A stretch of DNA of 64,000 bases from the NCBI RefSeq assembly GCF_009914755.1, contig NC_060927.1; one strand, given 5' to 3'. The position numbers and the translations under genes are program-made. The stretch is from the human T2T-CHM13v2.0 reference genome, Homo sapiens. The notes under the pieces are model-generated. The model worked only from the letters and a program-made list of their open reading frames with translations. It was not told the origin of the DNA and searched no databases. Below, in pieces: positions 18,501 through 32,940 of this stretch (position 1 is the first letter of the stretch; each line of letters starts with the position of its first letter).

Positions 18501-18897
18501 TAGTTATGCACCACATAATGACATTTTGGTCAAAGAGGGACTGCATATATGATGATGATTTCATAAGATTATAGTGGAGCTGAAAAATTCCTATTACCTA
18601 GTGACACAGTAGCCATCATAACATTGTAGCGCAACACATTACCTTTTCCATGTTTAGATATGTTTAGACACATAGATACTTACCAATCAATGTATTACAG
18701 TTGCCTACAGTACTCCCTACAGTACAAACATGCTGTACAAGTTTGTAGCCTGGGAGCAATAGGCTATTCCATACAGCCTAAGTGTGTAGTAGGCTATTCC
18801 ATCTGGGTTTATGGAAGGACATTCTATGATGTTCACACAATGTTGCATTTCTCACATTTCTCAGAATGTATCCCCATTGTTAAGTGATGCATGACTG
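18501..18897 (+). mobile_element. Tigger3-family (Golem) TcMar element
   Basis: TIRs tagttatgcaccacataatgac... / ...cattgttaagtgatgcatgactg; internal ggagctgaaaaattcctat and tgtgtagtaggctat. Confidence 0.88.
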
Positions 18898-20691
18898 TGT
18901 AGACTATGCTGAATATTCATATGTAAATATTACTCTGTGATCTAACTATTGTGAACATTTCTCCATATCATTAAATGCTGTGTGAACATATGACTTTTAA
19001 TGCTGTACAATATTCCTTTGTATGGATGAGTCATGATATATTTAATGGTAACTATTGTGGGATAATTAGGTAGTTTCTAATATAAGTTGTCTCTTGTAAA
19101 AATGCCTGTCCCTGTTGTGTTTTAGTCTTTCAATCTCTTTGATCTTTCATGGTAGATTCAAATGCTAAGACTGTGAAAACAGGAAGAGGCAATTTTGAAT
19201 CCCTACCTACTACCTGTCAGCTGTGTGATCTCTGTAGATGTTTAACTTCTCGGGGAATTTCACTTTCCTTATCTGCCAAATGGGAACCACAGCTCTGTCT
19301 TTTAAAGCCACTGTGAAGGAGTGTTGATATGTATGTCATGTGCCTGCCATACAGAAGGCTCCTTGTAAGAATGAGGCTCCCTCTCTTTCCTTCTTTTTCT
19401 TAATCCAGGAGTCCAAGGTGCCCATGATTAGGTTTCATTCTCTGCGAGAACCCCAGAAATTGTGTGCAAAATTTTGTGAGTATGTTCAGATATTTTTTGG
19501 GAGAAAAACTTTCACAATATAAGAATCACTACAAATCTCCTTCCTGGCCCATGGCTTTCCATTTTGCTATAAAATGATGGGACTGATATTTGCCCAGTCC
19601 CTAATGGCTGCTATATTGGCTTGTATTTCTCTGTTAATATCTCCCTTATCTGTTGGTGAGCTTACTGTTCAGTATGAACCTAGCCTGACACACAACTTCT
19701 ATGCTGAAATCCCAAATCCCAAGGCACACTTTCCACTTCCCGATACACAATAAGCACACAATAAATGTTACTTGTTGCTCCTGTTATTATATACATGAGG
19801 AAATTTTTAGAAGAGGCACATGCTTCTTAAATTAAATACTAGTTTGATTATGGAAGATATGTTGCATATGAATCGATCCCTCTCTCTCTCTCTTTTTCTC
19901 TCTGTCTCTCTGTCTTTTATGACAAGACCTGTATGGATTTGGCCAAATTCTAAAACATTTCCAGGTTCCATTTATCTTGTATAGGTTCATAAACAGATCA
20001 AACAGCTAGAGATTACTATTTCTTTTATATCATAACAAAAGGATGTGTAGTGGGGGAGAGGAATTTGGCACTAAGCAAACATCAGTTTAAGACTTTAAAA
20101 TGGAATGAGGGTCCATCTGTCTTGAATAACTTAGACCACAAGTTGACTACCAAAGAGGAAACTGCTGAAATTCTTCTCAACTTTGCAATTCTCTGATCTT
20201 ACACATGGTGCCTTTGACAAATCTTTCTAAAGCAAGTATGTTTTAGAATGTCCATTACATAGCTGGAAAGCTCAGGTTAGTGGGCATACCAAGGAAATTT
20301 CCCCATTTTGATCTCCCAGGAGTGGGTCACTGATGCCACTGTTAGCTTTTTAAATAATTGACTCCTAAAACATTAGACTTATATCTTTCTGCTCACAGCA
20401 ATAGCACTCCATGACCTCACTCAAGAAAAAAGGAAGTTTTGTTTTCTTTCACTATGCATAACAGGTGCTTTTGGAAATATCTGGAAACTATTTCAGACCC
20501 ATCAGAAATGAATATTTAAGGAAAATAGAGCCTGGACTCAGAAAAAATGATAGCATCATTCTCCTTTGTATTTTCAGAAGCCAAAACCAGAGGCAGTATC
20601 CCAAGTCTTGGAGTCTGTTTCCTCTGTTCCATTACCCATGCTACATAGGTCAGTTATAAAAAGTTTGTTTCTGCCATCTACTCTTGCCTAC

Positions 20692-21099
20692 TGTGGTAGG
20701 TTATTCAGTTATGGCCCCCGATGAAACATGGCTTTCTGTCTCCGTGCCCTTGTACAGTCACCTCTCACACTGAGCTTTGGCCACTGGGGCATCAAAACAT
20801 GTAATGCAAGAAGAGGCTTATGCATTGGAGCTTGTCTCTCAAAATGCTGTCACCATATGAAGAAGCCAGGGTATCTTTCTGGAGATATGTGAGCCAAGCT
20901 ACAGCCAGCATCAAACACCACACATGAGTGAGGTCACCATGGGCCATCTAGCCTAAGCTAGATAACTGCAGTTTTGTGTGTGAGGCTGGAAGAACCACCA
21001 AGCTGACCCCAGCCCAAAGTGCTGACCCAAAATCATGAGCAAATAAAATGGTTGTTTTAAGCTCAGAAGCTTTGGATGCAGCAATAGATAACAGAGACA
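20692..21099 (+). mobile_element. MLT1 (G/H-like) solo LTR
   Basis: tgtggtagg...gcagcaatagataacagagaca; 5-bp TSD cctac/cctat. Confidence 0.82.
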
Positions 21100-21427
21100 C
21101 CTATCTTGACTTGGTAGAGATTGACACATCCCATGATTGCTGGCTGTTCACCTAATATATTCATGCAGCTGACTTCTCCCTATACATCGTGAGGGGCTAA
21201 GAGATGAAAAGACAGGGCAAATGGATGAAGGAAGAAAAAGATAAGATAGCACGAAAGAAAGAGATGGCTTTCCCTTTCTCAGATCATTCTATTCTCTGTT
21301 CAGCATTTTTTTTTTTTTTTTTTTTGGATGGCTATGCCGGGCTCTCCTTGACTGAGTAGCAGAACAGAATGTTAATATTAAGGAAATAAAACTTGCTTCT
21401 CTGTCTCAGACGTTATTTTTCAAAAGC

Positions 21428-21769
<342 letters not shown>

Positions 21770-24700
21770 CAAAAGGTTTCTTGAAGGAACGAAACCTTAT
21801 GTCTGACTGACACACTTAAACACCAAGGGACTATCTTTTAATGGAATGCTACTGTGTTCTGAGACAAGACATTAATATCATTGTAGGCCGGCCTGTTCCT
21901 TACACTTGACATTCTGAAACATGAACTGCTGTCCTTGGCACAAGTATCAATGTGTGGCTTTACCAAAGCACGTTTTGGGGTTTTTCTTTCCCACTTCAAC
22001 TAGAACGTAAGCAGTTACCCACGAAGTAATGCAAATTCCTTCCCCCTAACCTACACAATTTAATATTAAGCTGAGAAAGTTATAGCTTTCAAAACCTGTT
22101 TTCTGTAACCTAAGAACTGCTGTTTCAGCTCAAATGTAAATATGCATCAAAATGATGTAAAATCAATACAATAAAATGACACCCTCTAGATCTTTAAGTT
22201 TTAATGTGTTTTCCAACACAGTTTAACTAAGGAATAATATCTACGATGTTCATCTAAGAAAATGAAATATACCCTCCTGCTGCCACATACCAAATGCCCT
22301 TGTATTTGTTTAAAACGGTATTCCGGAAAGGATAGAAAAACGGAAGCAGAAAAGTCCCTCGCTATCTTCTAGCCTAACTCTTATGTGATGAAGGAAAGTC
22401 TGGAATTAAAAAGCTATTGTTTGTTAGGATTAACGGCTATTGGATTGCTCGAAAGAACACTCCTAAAATTACATGGATGGACAAACAGCCTGAATAAAGA
22501 AATGAGCAAACTTTCCCAAGAGTTTCCTTGGCTGGCTGGGTCACTGACTGGCAGCTGACAAGGTTTTCAATAATGCCGACTCAGCTGGTTCTATAATGCT
22601 GTGTGCCTCAAACATAATTAAAAGTGTTAAGAATTTTGTAGCCTTTATCAGAACATATTCTCCCCACATGCCTTCAGTGACCTGGTCACAACTACTAGAG
22701 ACAAATAACTCTCTCATTTTACTCTGTGTGCTAAGGTCATTGTACCCTAGGCAGCTTTCCTGACTGTATCTTCTCCAGACCTAAGAGACTCCAAAACCTA
22801 CCCAGACGAATTGTGTGGGGTCACTTGAGCAATACCCCTTTTCTTTCTCAGGATGACAGCAAACAATTAGGGTTCTTGGATATTTATGGAGAGAAGAGTG
22901 CATATGCTTCTGGTCATTTTATGTCAGCTACTTTTGTTAAGTCCATCCACACGTTAATGAAATGAGACAGGACTTGCAGAGCTGAAAGGGACTTGAGAAA
23001 TCATCAGGTTGCCCCTAACACTTTACATTTTGGAAGCCAGGGGCTGTAAATGTCAAATGGTTTATGAGCATCTGAATCTTCTAACTGCTAGTGCACTTTT
23101 CCTATGTCACACTGAAAAAGGTAAGAGTCTGTATCTTTGCATCCAGAGCTGGGATAACCATGAAGATCATGCACGTCAAATTCAGGATATAAAAATAGTT
23201 ATTAGTGACCAAGATGAGACAATGCCGAGTATTCTTAAGAGATGAGAGTAAACACTTATTAAGCACCAACCTAACATCTTGCATGTATTTGGTACAAAGT
23301 AAATTGTAGTGATTATTTTCTCTGTCTTGTATGTGATTATAAATGTGTGGGTGATTTTAAGAGTGCTGTCTCTCTTATTAGGCTGTTGGTCAGGGAGGAT
23401 ACTCTGCCACCCGCCCTTGCTGTGCCAGAGTACACATCATGACATGATCTCAGCATTCTCTCCCACCGATTCTCATTGGTGCCTTAGAACTCTTCTGAAG
23501 ACTTCCTTCCAGCCTCCACTATCAGGTCGGCTCCAGATGAAACTTACCATGCTGGAAGATCAGGATCTGTGTCCTGTTCACCTTTGTAGCCCCCTACCAG
23601 GACTCTCACAGTGCTTTGTGCATAATAGGTACTCAGTAAATATACCAAAAACATACAATCAGCTTAACACCAATAGGATAATTACAAGAGTGCAGCAAGG
23701 GGAAAATTAGAGGTTGGGGATTGCTGTTTATTCTGAAAATCCCAAAGCTTTCTAAAACCTCTTGCAGGGTAACTGAGAGGAGTAACTCAAAGGACCAGGT
23801 TTACACTAGGTCTTAGCTCCTCGGAGCTCCTTTCATATTTAACACAAGAGTGCTGTCTAGTGGGTCAAGGGGCACCTGGGCCTGAACTGAAGTCATGTGG
23901 TTCCACTCGGGGCTTCCAAGTCAGTGGCGCCAGTGGTGGTTTCTGCAATTATTTCAAACCAGCGTCTCCCCCTTGGCCTTGGTTCTGGATGTCTGTGGCT
24001 GGACATTCACCAACTCTGGCTCCACTTGAATAATCCAGGGAGGTGGCCCGAAGCCAGAAGCTACCCTAGTGACCTAGATCCCATCCCCCAGTCTCAAATG
24101 GGCTTCATTTAATGGCATGAAGACTTAGGGGGTACATAGACTCTTTGAGATGAGTTATCATCTCATTACTGAAATGAGGGAAGGAAAACCAGTCCAAAGG
24201 AAGAGATGAGAATATTTCTGCCCTGAAGTTAAGAAGACTTAAAGTAATCATCAAAATGTGCTCATTGATAATAAAATTAGAGACGAATCACATCTAATTA
24301 GACCTGTTCTGCATGTAGCCTTGCACATCCATTTCTTAACACCAAATAGAAGCATTATAGTGCAAGTCATGGACAGTATGCTGAGTGTCAGCCTGCATGG
24401 ATGAGTAAACACTACCAGAACGGATATAGCATTATATGTATTTATAACAAGGGTTTCAAACCGGGAACAAGCTGGGATTCCAAATGTCCAGGTGAGGAGT
24501 AGGACTAGATAAAAGAGTAGAGAGAAGTAGTGATAAATGCATTTCTTTTGGCTTAATCAGTGAATTCGATATTTGTGCACTCTCTTGGCCACTCAAGAGA
24601 CTCATCTGCAGGCTAAATTTGGCTAGTTCACGTGACTTTTTAAACCTGGATTAAGAGACTTTACATAAATGAATTTAAACTATTTTAAACGTATACCCCT

Positions 24701-24843
24701 ATACTCCAATAACACATTAATTGTTGGGCAGGGTCAGGTTATTTTCCAATTCTTCACTTCCCTGTATTTTCCTTAATCTGTCAATATAAAAATGGGCCAC
24801 TGAGATCTCAGGCACATTCTATAGCTATAGAATGAGAATTAGG

Positions 24844-25146
24844 CAGGGGAAATATTGAAAATCTTTAACAGGCAGTATGGTAGAGGAATAGGCCACTGAG
24901 AATGGATGCTAGCTGAAGAAATGGACCTCCCTTAGGAAGTGAGGCATTTTGTTCCTGAAATATGTGAAGGTTTAGGGGACACAGAGAAGAGGCCAGGGAA
25001 GCTAAGGTGGTAGAGGGGACGGTTTGGAGGGCTTGGGCAGTGGCTGTTTACCCACTACTAAAGAAATATTTAAATTTAAGAATACAGCAATACTTAACCA
25101 TATGTATGGCCATACTGGTTAAGTATGGCTGTATTCACCGTTCTTG
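24844..25146. mobile_element. MamRep38/MamRep1894-like ancient hAT element
   Basis: caggggaaatattgaaaatctttaacaggcagtatgg...gaatggatgctagc terminus and gtatggccatactgg core at the other end. Confidence 0.55.
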
Positions 25147-26759
25147 CATATTATGAATAATAAAAGTAACTGATTGGGTAGTCGGGGCATACACCCAGTT
25201 CTACTTGGATGCATTTCTATTTAGCTCACCATTTGAAATCTTAGTAGCACACAGAAAACTTATAACCTAATGATTTTCATGTTCATACATGACAAGAGAT
25301 AAACTCAATCATAGCCTCAGAGTGAAAGATCTTAGATAGCGATACACAGCTTCCACCTCCCCCAAGTACTTTAGAGAAAAAAATATATATATATGCTTGG
25401 ATCATTTAGTCTACCTCCACTAATAATATATGATCAACAGTGAATTCAGAAAGGGGAAGGGAAGTCTGTTGAAGGGTGAGCTTAGGCAAGGTTGACTCTA
25501 AAATCTGCTAAGGAATCTGGTCACATTTGTCATAACCCAAATGTCTAAAATGACAGAAAATACAGTGCGGTAGTTAAGAGGATGGTTTTTAAGATAAGTT
25601 GAATGAATATGAATCCCAAAGCTAATGTGAGATCCTTGAACAGAGTAATCAACTTTAAAATGGGCATATAGTAGTACAAGTTATTAGAGATATTGTGAAT
25701 ATTAAGTAGAATAATATATATATAGCGTTGCCCTTGGCATGAAGAAAATACAGACATGTATGGTTCTGTAATATGAATTAGGCCATCTGTTACTGTAATA
25801 GGGGAATGTCCTTCATGTAATGCAGAAGACATTGGTTCATATGTGATGTTTTTCTCCTAGGCAAGGGGCAAGGGGAATTGGACTAGCAGGAGTCCAACTG
25901 AAAGCTTCAGCAAAAAAGGAAAATGTCCTCAGCTTGGCCTTCTGTACTGACAGCAGGAGACATTTCAGTTGTTTTTGAAGAATATTTTAACACACATCCC
26001 CACACCTGGGGCTCAGAGATGGGCACCCCCAGCCTTGCTCAGCTCTCAGCTCATGGCAGATTGTACTTCCTCCCATGCCCATCTCAATGGCAGCCCCACT
26101 ACTCAGAGCTCCACTTCCATTTGCACCTGCCAGCGCTGCTATAGCCAAGGCACTGCCAGAATTCCCACTTTATGTGTGAGTGTGTGCATGTATATGAGTA
26201 CATTTTTAAGATACGTCACAGCAGCCTACAGCCATGCTAAGTTTCCTGCCTGGGTTAGTCCCCATAGACCAAATGTTTTTGTTAGTGTTCTGGTTACAAA
26301 GGTGGGTGAGTTTTTAGTGGTCTGTCCCTAACCTTATAAAACATGATCTTGGTTATTGTTAGGGCTTACTTTTGCCCAACAGAGGATTTTTAGGAAAGCA
26401 TATATCACATTATGAGGTGATGTGCCTGTGGACAATAGGAAAGGGAGGTTCTGAAATGAGCGCTATTGATATGGGGTAGACCTGAACTCATTCTCCACAG
26501 CCTCCAGAAAGGGGGACACATTTACTGATGAAGATTTCAGGTAAGTGGAATGCTACTGAGGCTTTTGGGTTGTTTCCCAGGCATTTGCAAAAGAGCTAGG
26601 TCTCGATCAAAATGGAAGGCCCGGCTTTCACCTGGGCCTTGAGTGCATCCGTTCAGTAGCACCTCCTGTGTTTCTACTCCTCACTATATACATTCTCTTA
26701 TCACAACTCTAAACTTAAACTGAAAACAACAACCCTTACAATAATCCTAAACTTAAAAT

Positions 26760-26900
26760 GATGAGATATGTTTTTATAATCCCCATTTTGCAGATGAGGA
26801 AACTGAGGTTGTCAGAGGCTCTGGGATTGCCTAAGGTTTTTTAGCCATCAGAACTCAAACCCTAAGGTCTTCTGACTCCAAGGCCGAGCTCCTAAACACC
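26760..26900 (-). mobile_element. MIR
   Basis: atccccattttgcagatgaggaaactgagg core. Confidence 0.85.
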
Positions 26901-26955
26901 ACCAGTATCTCAGATGGAAGGGCACATTTGCCTGGCCCTTTGTTAAGCTCTGGAG

Positions 26956-27752
26956 CAGCTTTATCCAATAGAAATAAAATGTGAGCCACACATGTGAGCC
27001 ACATATGAATTTGTAAAAATTGCGATAAAATATACATGATATGAAATTTACCATTTTAACTATTTGTAAGCATATAATTCAATGGCATTAAGTACACTTT
27101 ACAATGTAGTACTACCATCTCCACTATTCATTTCCAGAACTTTTTCATTGCCGCAAACAGAAACTCTGTACCCATTAAACAATAATTCTCCATTCCCTTC
27201 TCCCCCAGCACACTGGGTACATCTGTTCTTTCTCTTTCTACGGATTTGCCTATTCTAGGCACCGCACATCATGGAATCATACAATAGTTGTGCTTTTGCC
27301 TCTGACTTATTTAGCTTAATCTTTTTGAGAGATGATCCATGTTGTAAAGTGTATCAGATTTTCATTCCTTTTTAGGCTAACATTCCCTTGCATGTATGTT
27401 CTACATTGTTTATTCGTTCATCTGTTGATGGATATTTGGGTTGTCTCACAAATGAATTTTTAAATATTGTAGTAGCTACATTAAACGAAGCCAAAACAAA
27501 AAGGTGAAGTTTAATATTTTTCTGTATTTTTGGATATATTCTAGATTTATAATGATATTGGATATATTTAGTGCAGTGTGTCAAAATTATTTCAAGACGT
27601 TATCACTATAAAAATTATTAATGATGTATTTTACATCCTTTATTTACTACTAAGTGTGTATTTTACACTTATAGCACATCTTCATTCAGAGTAACTGCTT
27701 TTCAGGTGCTCAATAACCACCCGAAGCTAGGACCCTTATTCTGGGCAGTGCC
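26956..27752. mobile_element. MER33 hAT element split by an L1MB fragment
   Basis: cagctttatccaatagaaataaaatgtgagccaca...tgtgtattttacacttatagcacatc; flanks ctctggag/ctccagag. Confidence 0.8.
27013..27447 (-). mobile_element. L1MB 3' fragment
   Basis: aaatttaccattttaac...ttccagaactttttcat...cagaaactctgtacccattaaacaataa; TSD-like acatatgaattt/acaaatgaattt. Confidence 0.85.
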
Positions 27753-27778
27753 ACTCCAGAGATTTAGTTGGGGGCCTT

Positions 27779-28091
27779 CTTTGTTTGTTGTTTGTTTTTT
27801 TGAGACAGGGTCTTGCTTTGTTGCGCAGGCTGGAGTGCAGTGGCATGATCATGGCTCATGGTTCACTGCAACCTCGACCTCCTGAGCTCAAGCAATCCTC
27901 CCACCTCATCCTCCTGAGTAGCTGGGACTACAGGCATGCCTCCACATGCCCAGCTAGTTTTCTGATTTTCTGTAGTAAGACTTCTCCTACTACATTGCCC
28001 AGGCTGGTCTCTAACTCCTGGTCTTAGGCAACCCTCCTGCCTCAGCCTCCCAAAGTGCTAGGATTAGAGGTGTGAGCTACCACACCTGTCT
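27779..28091 (-). mobile_element. AluJ
   Basis: Antisense dimer, gcatgatcatggctca, ctcaagcaatcctcccacc. Confidence 0.92.
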
Positions 28092-28481
28092 GGGGGGTGG
28101 GGTGAGTGGGGCTTCTTAATAATGTTCCTTTGAGCCCCAAACATCAGCTATATACATTTTCCATTTAGTCTCTGTGACATTTAAAGTCCCCTTTTCAATA
28201 GTCCACAATTAATATGTTTCTTTGTAACACCAGATATTGTAAAAGATATAGGAGAATATTACATGGCTGAGATTATGCCCAAGATATATGCATATAAGAA
28301 TAATACGAAGTGGTATGGTATTCATTGCCACAAAGCAAGGGATACACGATGGCTACTGTCTCTCGAGCAAATACAGTTGCAAAATTATAGTTTCTCTGAT
28401 TTGTGAATTTTTAAATGCAGTTTATGACACATTAAAAATAATTCTACTTATGCATTTAACAAATTATCTTAATTGGAAAGA

Positions 28482-28558
28482 ATTGGTTGAACTGTGTGAT
28501 GTTATCAGTATTTGACTCTTTTTGTCCTACAAAACTGTCAGTTTATGATTCAACCTAA
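28482..28558. mobile_element. MADE2-like mariner MITE
   Basis: ~77 bp bounded by ttggttgaac... and ...ttcaacctaa, internal tttgactctttttgtcctacaaaa. Confidence 0.65.
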
Positions 28559-28931
28559 AACATTGTTTTATCAATGCACACGATATTAGCAAGTTCTTAA
28601 GGAAAAGTGGACTTTCAGGGGATCTTCAAGGCTGCATGCGATTTACATGGGCATAAAGGAAGGTGAGGCTGTTCCTAGGGGATGGACTCCAGCAGAGTGA
28701 AGGAAGTTAACAGAGTAACAGCAGCAGCATTGATACCAATAGCCACTGTTTCTTGAATGCTTATAATGTGACAGACTCTGTGCTGAGCATTGTGTAAATT
28801 TAACCTCCTTTAACCCTTATTAGAACCTTGTGGGTTAGGTCTTCTTGTTCCCATTTTGAGATTAAGATGCTGAGGTTCAGAGAGGTAGGTAAGTTGACCA
28901 AGATCACACTGTTATTTCTGACTCCAAAGCA

Positions 28932-29038
28932 CCCACCAGTCATCCAGGTTTACTGGCAACTGAGGGGTTCCTGAAGCATGTGGCTTCCTGTTTAAAACAG
29001 GGATGGTCCTGGGCAAATCAGGACAAGTTGGTCACTCC
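28932..29038. mobile_element. MER81-like hAT MITE
   Basis: accagtcatccaggtttactggcaactgaggggttcc...gtcctgggcaaatcaggacaagttggtcac. Confidence 0.7.
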
Positions 29039-29317
29039 AGTGCCAAAACTCTTCCTTATTCAATTACGACAACTTTGGGGCCTTTGCCTGCCAGTCTAAA
29101 GAGGGCTTTTCATTAAGTGTAAAGCAGACATGGCAGGTACTGATAGTTTTCCAACTTTTCAAGCTTTCTCATTGTTGACCTAAGCCAGCAAGAACATTTT
29201 CTTACTGGACTAGGAATAGTTAGAACAAATGTTGGCAAGCAGAGGCATCTCACAGTGAAGCTGGGTGTGCTGCTTAGAGCAGAGGCTTCATGGACTCTGT
29301 CACTCCAACCTCTACGG

Positions 29318-29766
29318 CAGGAGTTCTTAATCTGGGGAAGAAGTTGGAGGATGTCCATGAACTTGAATGGGAAGAAAAATTATATCATTATTTTTATTCA
29401 CGTCTGAGATTTAGCATTTCTTTCAATGATGAATGCAGGCAACAAACGACAGTAGTATTAGCTGTACCTGTGACTTTAGCACTTCTATAATTTGTAGATA
29501 CTTTCATATCACATTCCAATTGTTGAGATACTTCAAACTATCATTTAAACTCATCCATACTTTAAACCTATAGTTTTTATCAGTCCTACTACTAGCTCTT
29601 GATATTTAATGTATTGATAAATATGTATATACTGACCTGTTTATTAAAATATATTTTTACAAATATATTTCTAATTAGTTTCTTGGCAATCTTATGCTAC
29701 CTATTTTATGCAATTTAAAGCATTATTCTGAGGAATCCATGGCCCATAAGAGGTTAAGAAATCTTG
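29318..29766. mobile_element. Charlie4a-like hAT element
   Basis: caggagttcttaatctgggg...gtccatgaacttgaatgggaa...gcattattctgag...aggttaagaaatcttg. Confidence 0.75.
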
Positions 29767-30639
29767 CTCCAAACCAAGCGGTGACAGACTAACTTCCTTA
29801 GATACACATTAACACTGTTTCCCCACCCGATGCCACTTCACCAATCTAATGCTTCTTTAGAGGAACTAACCACCTGCCGGGCTTGCAAAATCTAATCTAA
29901 CGCTTGCACTGAGTTCAGTGAAAATATATTGGGCCCAACCAACTCTATTTAGAAACGAAACACATCCACCATCTAGAAGTAAGGGAGAGGGTTTCAGCCC
30001 TGGAAAGAAGAAGCCTCCCCTAACTCAATCCAGCCCACCCCTCCCTCCACAGCCATTTTTCTTCTCTGACCAATTCTGAGTCCCTTTTGTGAATAATATG
30101 TCTGGATTAGTTTGCTGAACAATTGAACAACTGAACAATTCTCAGCCTCTGTCCTTGCTTTTGTGAGTAAAAAATCCTTAATCTTATTTGAATGCAATTT
30201 AATTCCCTAGAGAGCTGAATCTTTAGTCTCTTGGTTTTATAAAGTGAGTGCTTAGAGAAAATGCATAAGAGCCAACACAGTGCTTCTTAAAAGCTAGGTC
30301 AATCTACGAAGGCAAAAATTAGATAAATGTATACTCCAATCAGGGAGAGGAGGAAGAAAAGAATTTCTCCACAAATTACTTTTAGGACATTTAAGTGGAA
30401 TTGAATTAGAATGTCAGGGGCCAGACAGCTCTCAGGAGGTCATTTGATCTAGTCCCCTGTTGTTGGGCAAGAGCACAGATGTGAAAATCTAGCCCATACT
30501 TTAAAAGCTTTAAAGAGGGGAACAAACATTTTATGTAAGCAGGTCCTGCAAGGTGAGTCAGAGAAACTTGTAGATTTAAAGAAATATTTGTAATGAATTA
30601 AACAATAGCATGTAGCTCATTAATTAGCCAATTAATTAA

Positions 30640-30830
30640 TTAGACATATTTATTGAGCCCCTGCCATGTGTCAGAGACTGTCCTAGGCATTTAAGATATA
30701 TCAGTGAGCTTCCATTCCAGTGGAGGGAAACAGACAAGTAATAAACCTAGTAAGAAAATGATAAAGTATGTTGGAAAGAGATCAATGCATTGAAAAACAG
30801 GGAATCGAAATGGAAGTGCTGAAATGTGTG
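30640..30830 (-). mobile_element. L2 3' fragment
   Basis: atatttattgagcccctgccatgtgtcagagactgtcctaggca. Confidence 0.65.
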
Positions 30831-32704
30831 CAGAGAAGAGTATCACCATAAACTTGTAAGCATAAAAGAATAACTACATGCTAAGAGCTTAGAATAGTGC
30901 TTAGCATGATATATTCTCAATAAATATTATATATACACATAATACGTAGTTATATATTATATACACAATGTATATATGACATTTTGCTTAGTTTTTTTTA
31001 ATATGAGATGGGGTTGAGTGCAAGAGACAGATATTGATTTTGACTGATTTAAGCAAAATGTGATTTCATTAGAAGGGTGGGGCAGCCAGCTCTGGTCTAG
31101 AACAATAGAACTAAGTTCTCTGAGGAACATTCAAGAACCTTATGCCTGCCAAGAACACCTCATGGTCTCACCTGCCTGGGCCAAGGCAGGTGCAAAGAGC
31201 AAAGAAGATCATCTCAGAGAGGGAAATGCTGGAAAGATGCTGCAGTGGAACTGAGAGATGAACTCATTCTAGTTAATTCACTATTATCTTCAGGTTAATA
31301 ATGAATATTATTCACTAGTTATGGAATACTGTGAGTTAGGTAGATTTAGTTTCAAAATGAAGGTATTGGAAGAGGGTGTTATACACTCCAAATTCCACCA
31401 GCCATGACCAAAGATGATGTCAAATTTAATTGGATGGGTTTTAATTTAGTATATAATGTGTATTATCTACAACCTCAACTGTGGTTGTGGAAAACATGTA
31501 AGTGGATTCTGAAGAATCAGGTAATCTCTGATGAGGGAATCATCATCCCAAACATAATCAGCTGGGTAACAGATGAAGTGAAACCCAATGACACACATTC
31601 TCTTGACTTTAGAGCATCTCTTTTCAAGCTGAAAAAAACAACGTTGGATAAGACCGTGTGCCCAGCACTTGGCTCCATTCTGCATCATCCCTTTTTGCCA
31701 CCTCAGATTGGATTTGTCCATCTGCTTACAGTTCTGACCCGGTAACTCGTGTGTTCCCCAGAAGGAAACCTGACCACATTCAGGCTGAGAGGTATAGGGC
31801 CTCGGTGGTCTATTAAAACTTGCTGCAGTGTGTCTGAGAGTGTAATTACCAGTTCATTGTGATTTACAAAACTTTCTCATGTGAGACATAATAATTAAGC
31901 ACATAGTAATTGTCCTTGAATAATTTAAACACTTGATTTGTCCCTTGAATTTCTCCCAATACATACTAAGCTGGAATCTATTTGCCACACCACCTTGTCT
32001 GCATGTTTTACTTCCAATCTCCAGGCACATCGGTTCCCTTATCCCTGTGGAGCTTACTTTTGGTCAGAAATCTCTCCTGTTCCAATGAATCATGCTTATT
32101 TTGGATGTCAACATGATGCAGGTGTGTGAAGATTTAGAGAAAGGATCCGAGTCTCAGATATATGTGATTTGGTTTCAAATATGGTAGGTCAGAGAGACTT
32201 GATTTTTTATGACTGAATGGGGTAGTTATATATTTGGACATATGGAATTCACATTATGTCTAATTTTCTTCAGTTTTCTTGGCGGAAAAGCCATAGCAAG
32301 AGAAATGGCTTTCTTTCCCCTGTGGTTTTGCTTAAGCAGTGGAGAGTCACAGACCAGCATTTGGTTCTCACGTTGATCCTCTGCTCCGGATGAAGAGTCA
32401 CGAGGCCATAAGTTAACAATAAGATCATCTACTGTCACGTGTTGTAGGGGTGAAAGCTGTTCAAATACAGACCCATAAGGGACCTTACCACACTTAGGAA
32501 GTACCTAGCGGGAGACAGTATTATAGTAATTTTATAGAAGGAAAAATCTAAGCCAGACATATCAAATGTCTACTCCATGTACACAGAATTAGGACCTAGA
32601 TCTGTCTCAACTCCTTAAAGACTTCAGATCCAAAATGGAATATGGATATGATCCAAGATGGTGTGAAAGTGTGATATATTTCCTATGTGGGTAGGCATAT
32701 CTTG

Positions 32705-32940
32705 CTTACTAGGTGCTGGGACCAGGCACTGTTCTAAGCACTTTACATCTATTAACTCATGTAAAATCTCACAATAACACTCTGAGTAGATATTCACATT
32801 GTCTGGATGTTACAGACGAGAAAACTGAGGCACAGAGGTGTTAAATGCCACGCCCATCATCACAAAGCTAGCAAGTGGCAGAACTGGGATTTTGAGGCAG
32901 GCTGATTGGCTCCAGAATCTGTGCTCTCAGCTCCTACGTC
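32705..32940 (-). mobile_element. MIR
   Basis: ccaggcactgttctaagcactttacatctattaactcat...ttacagacgagaaaactgaggcacagag. Confidence 0.85.
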
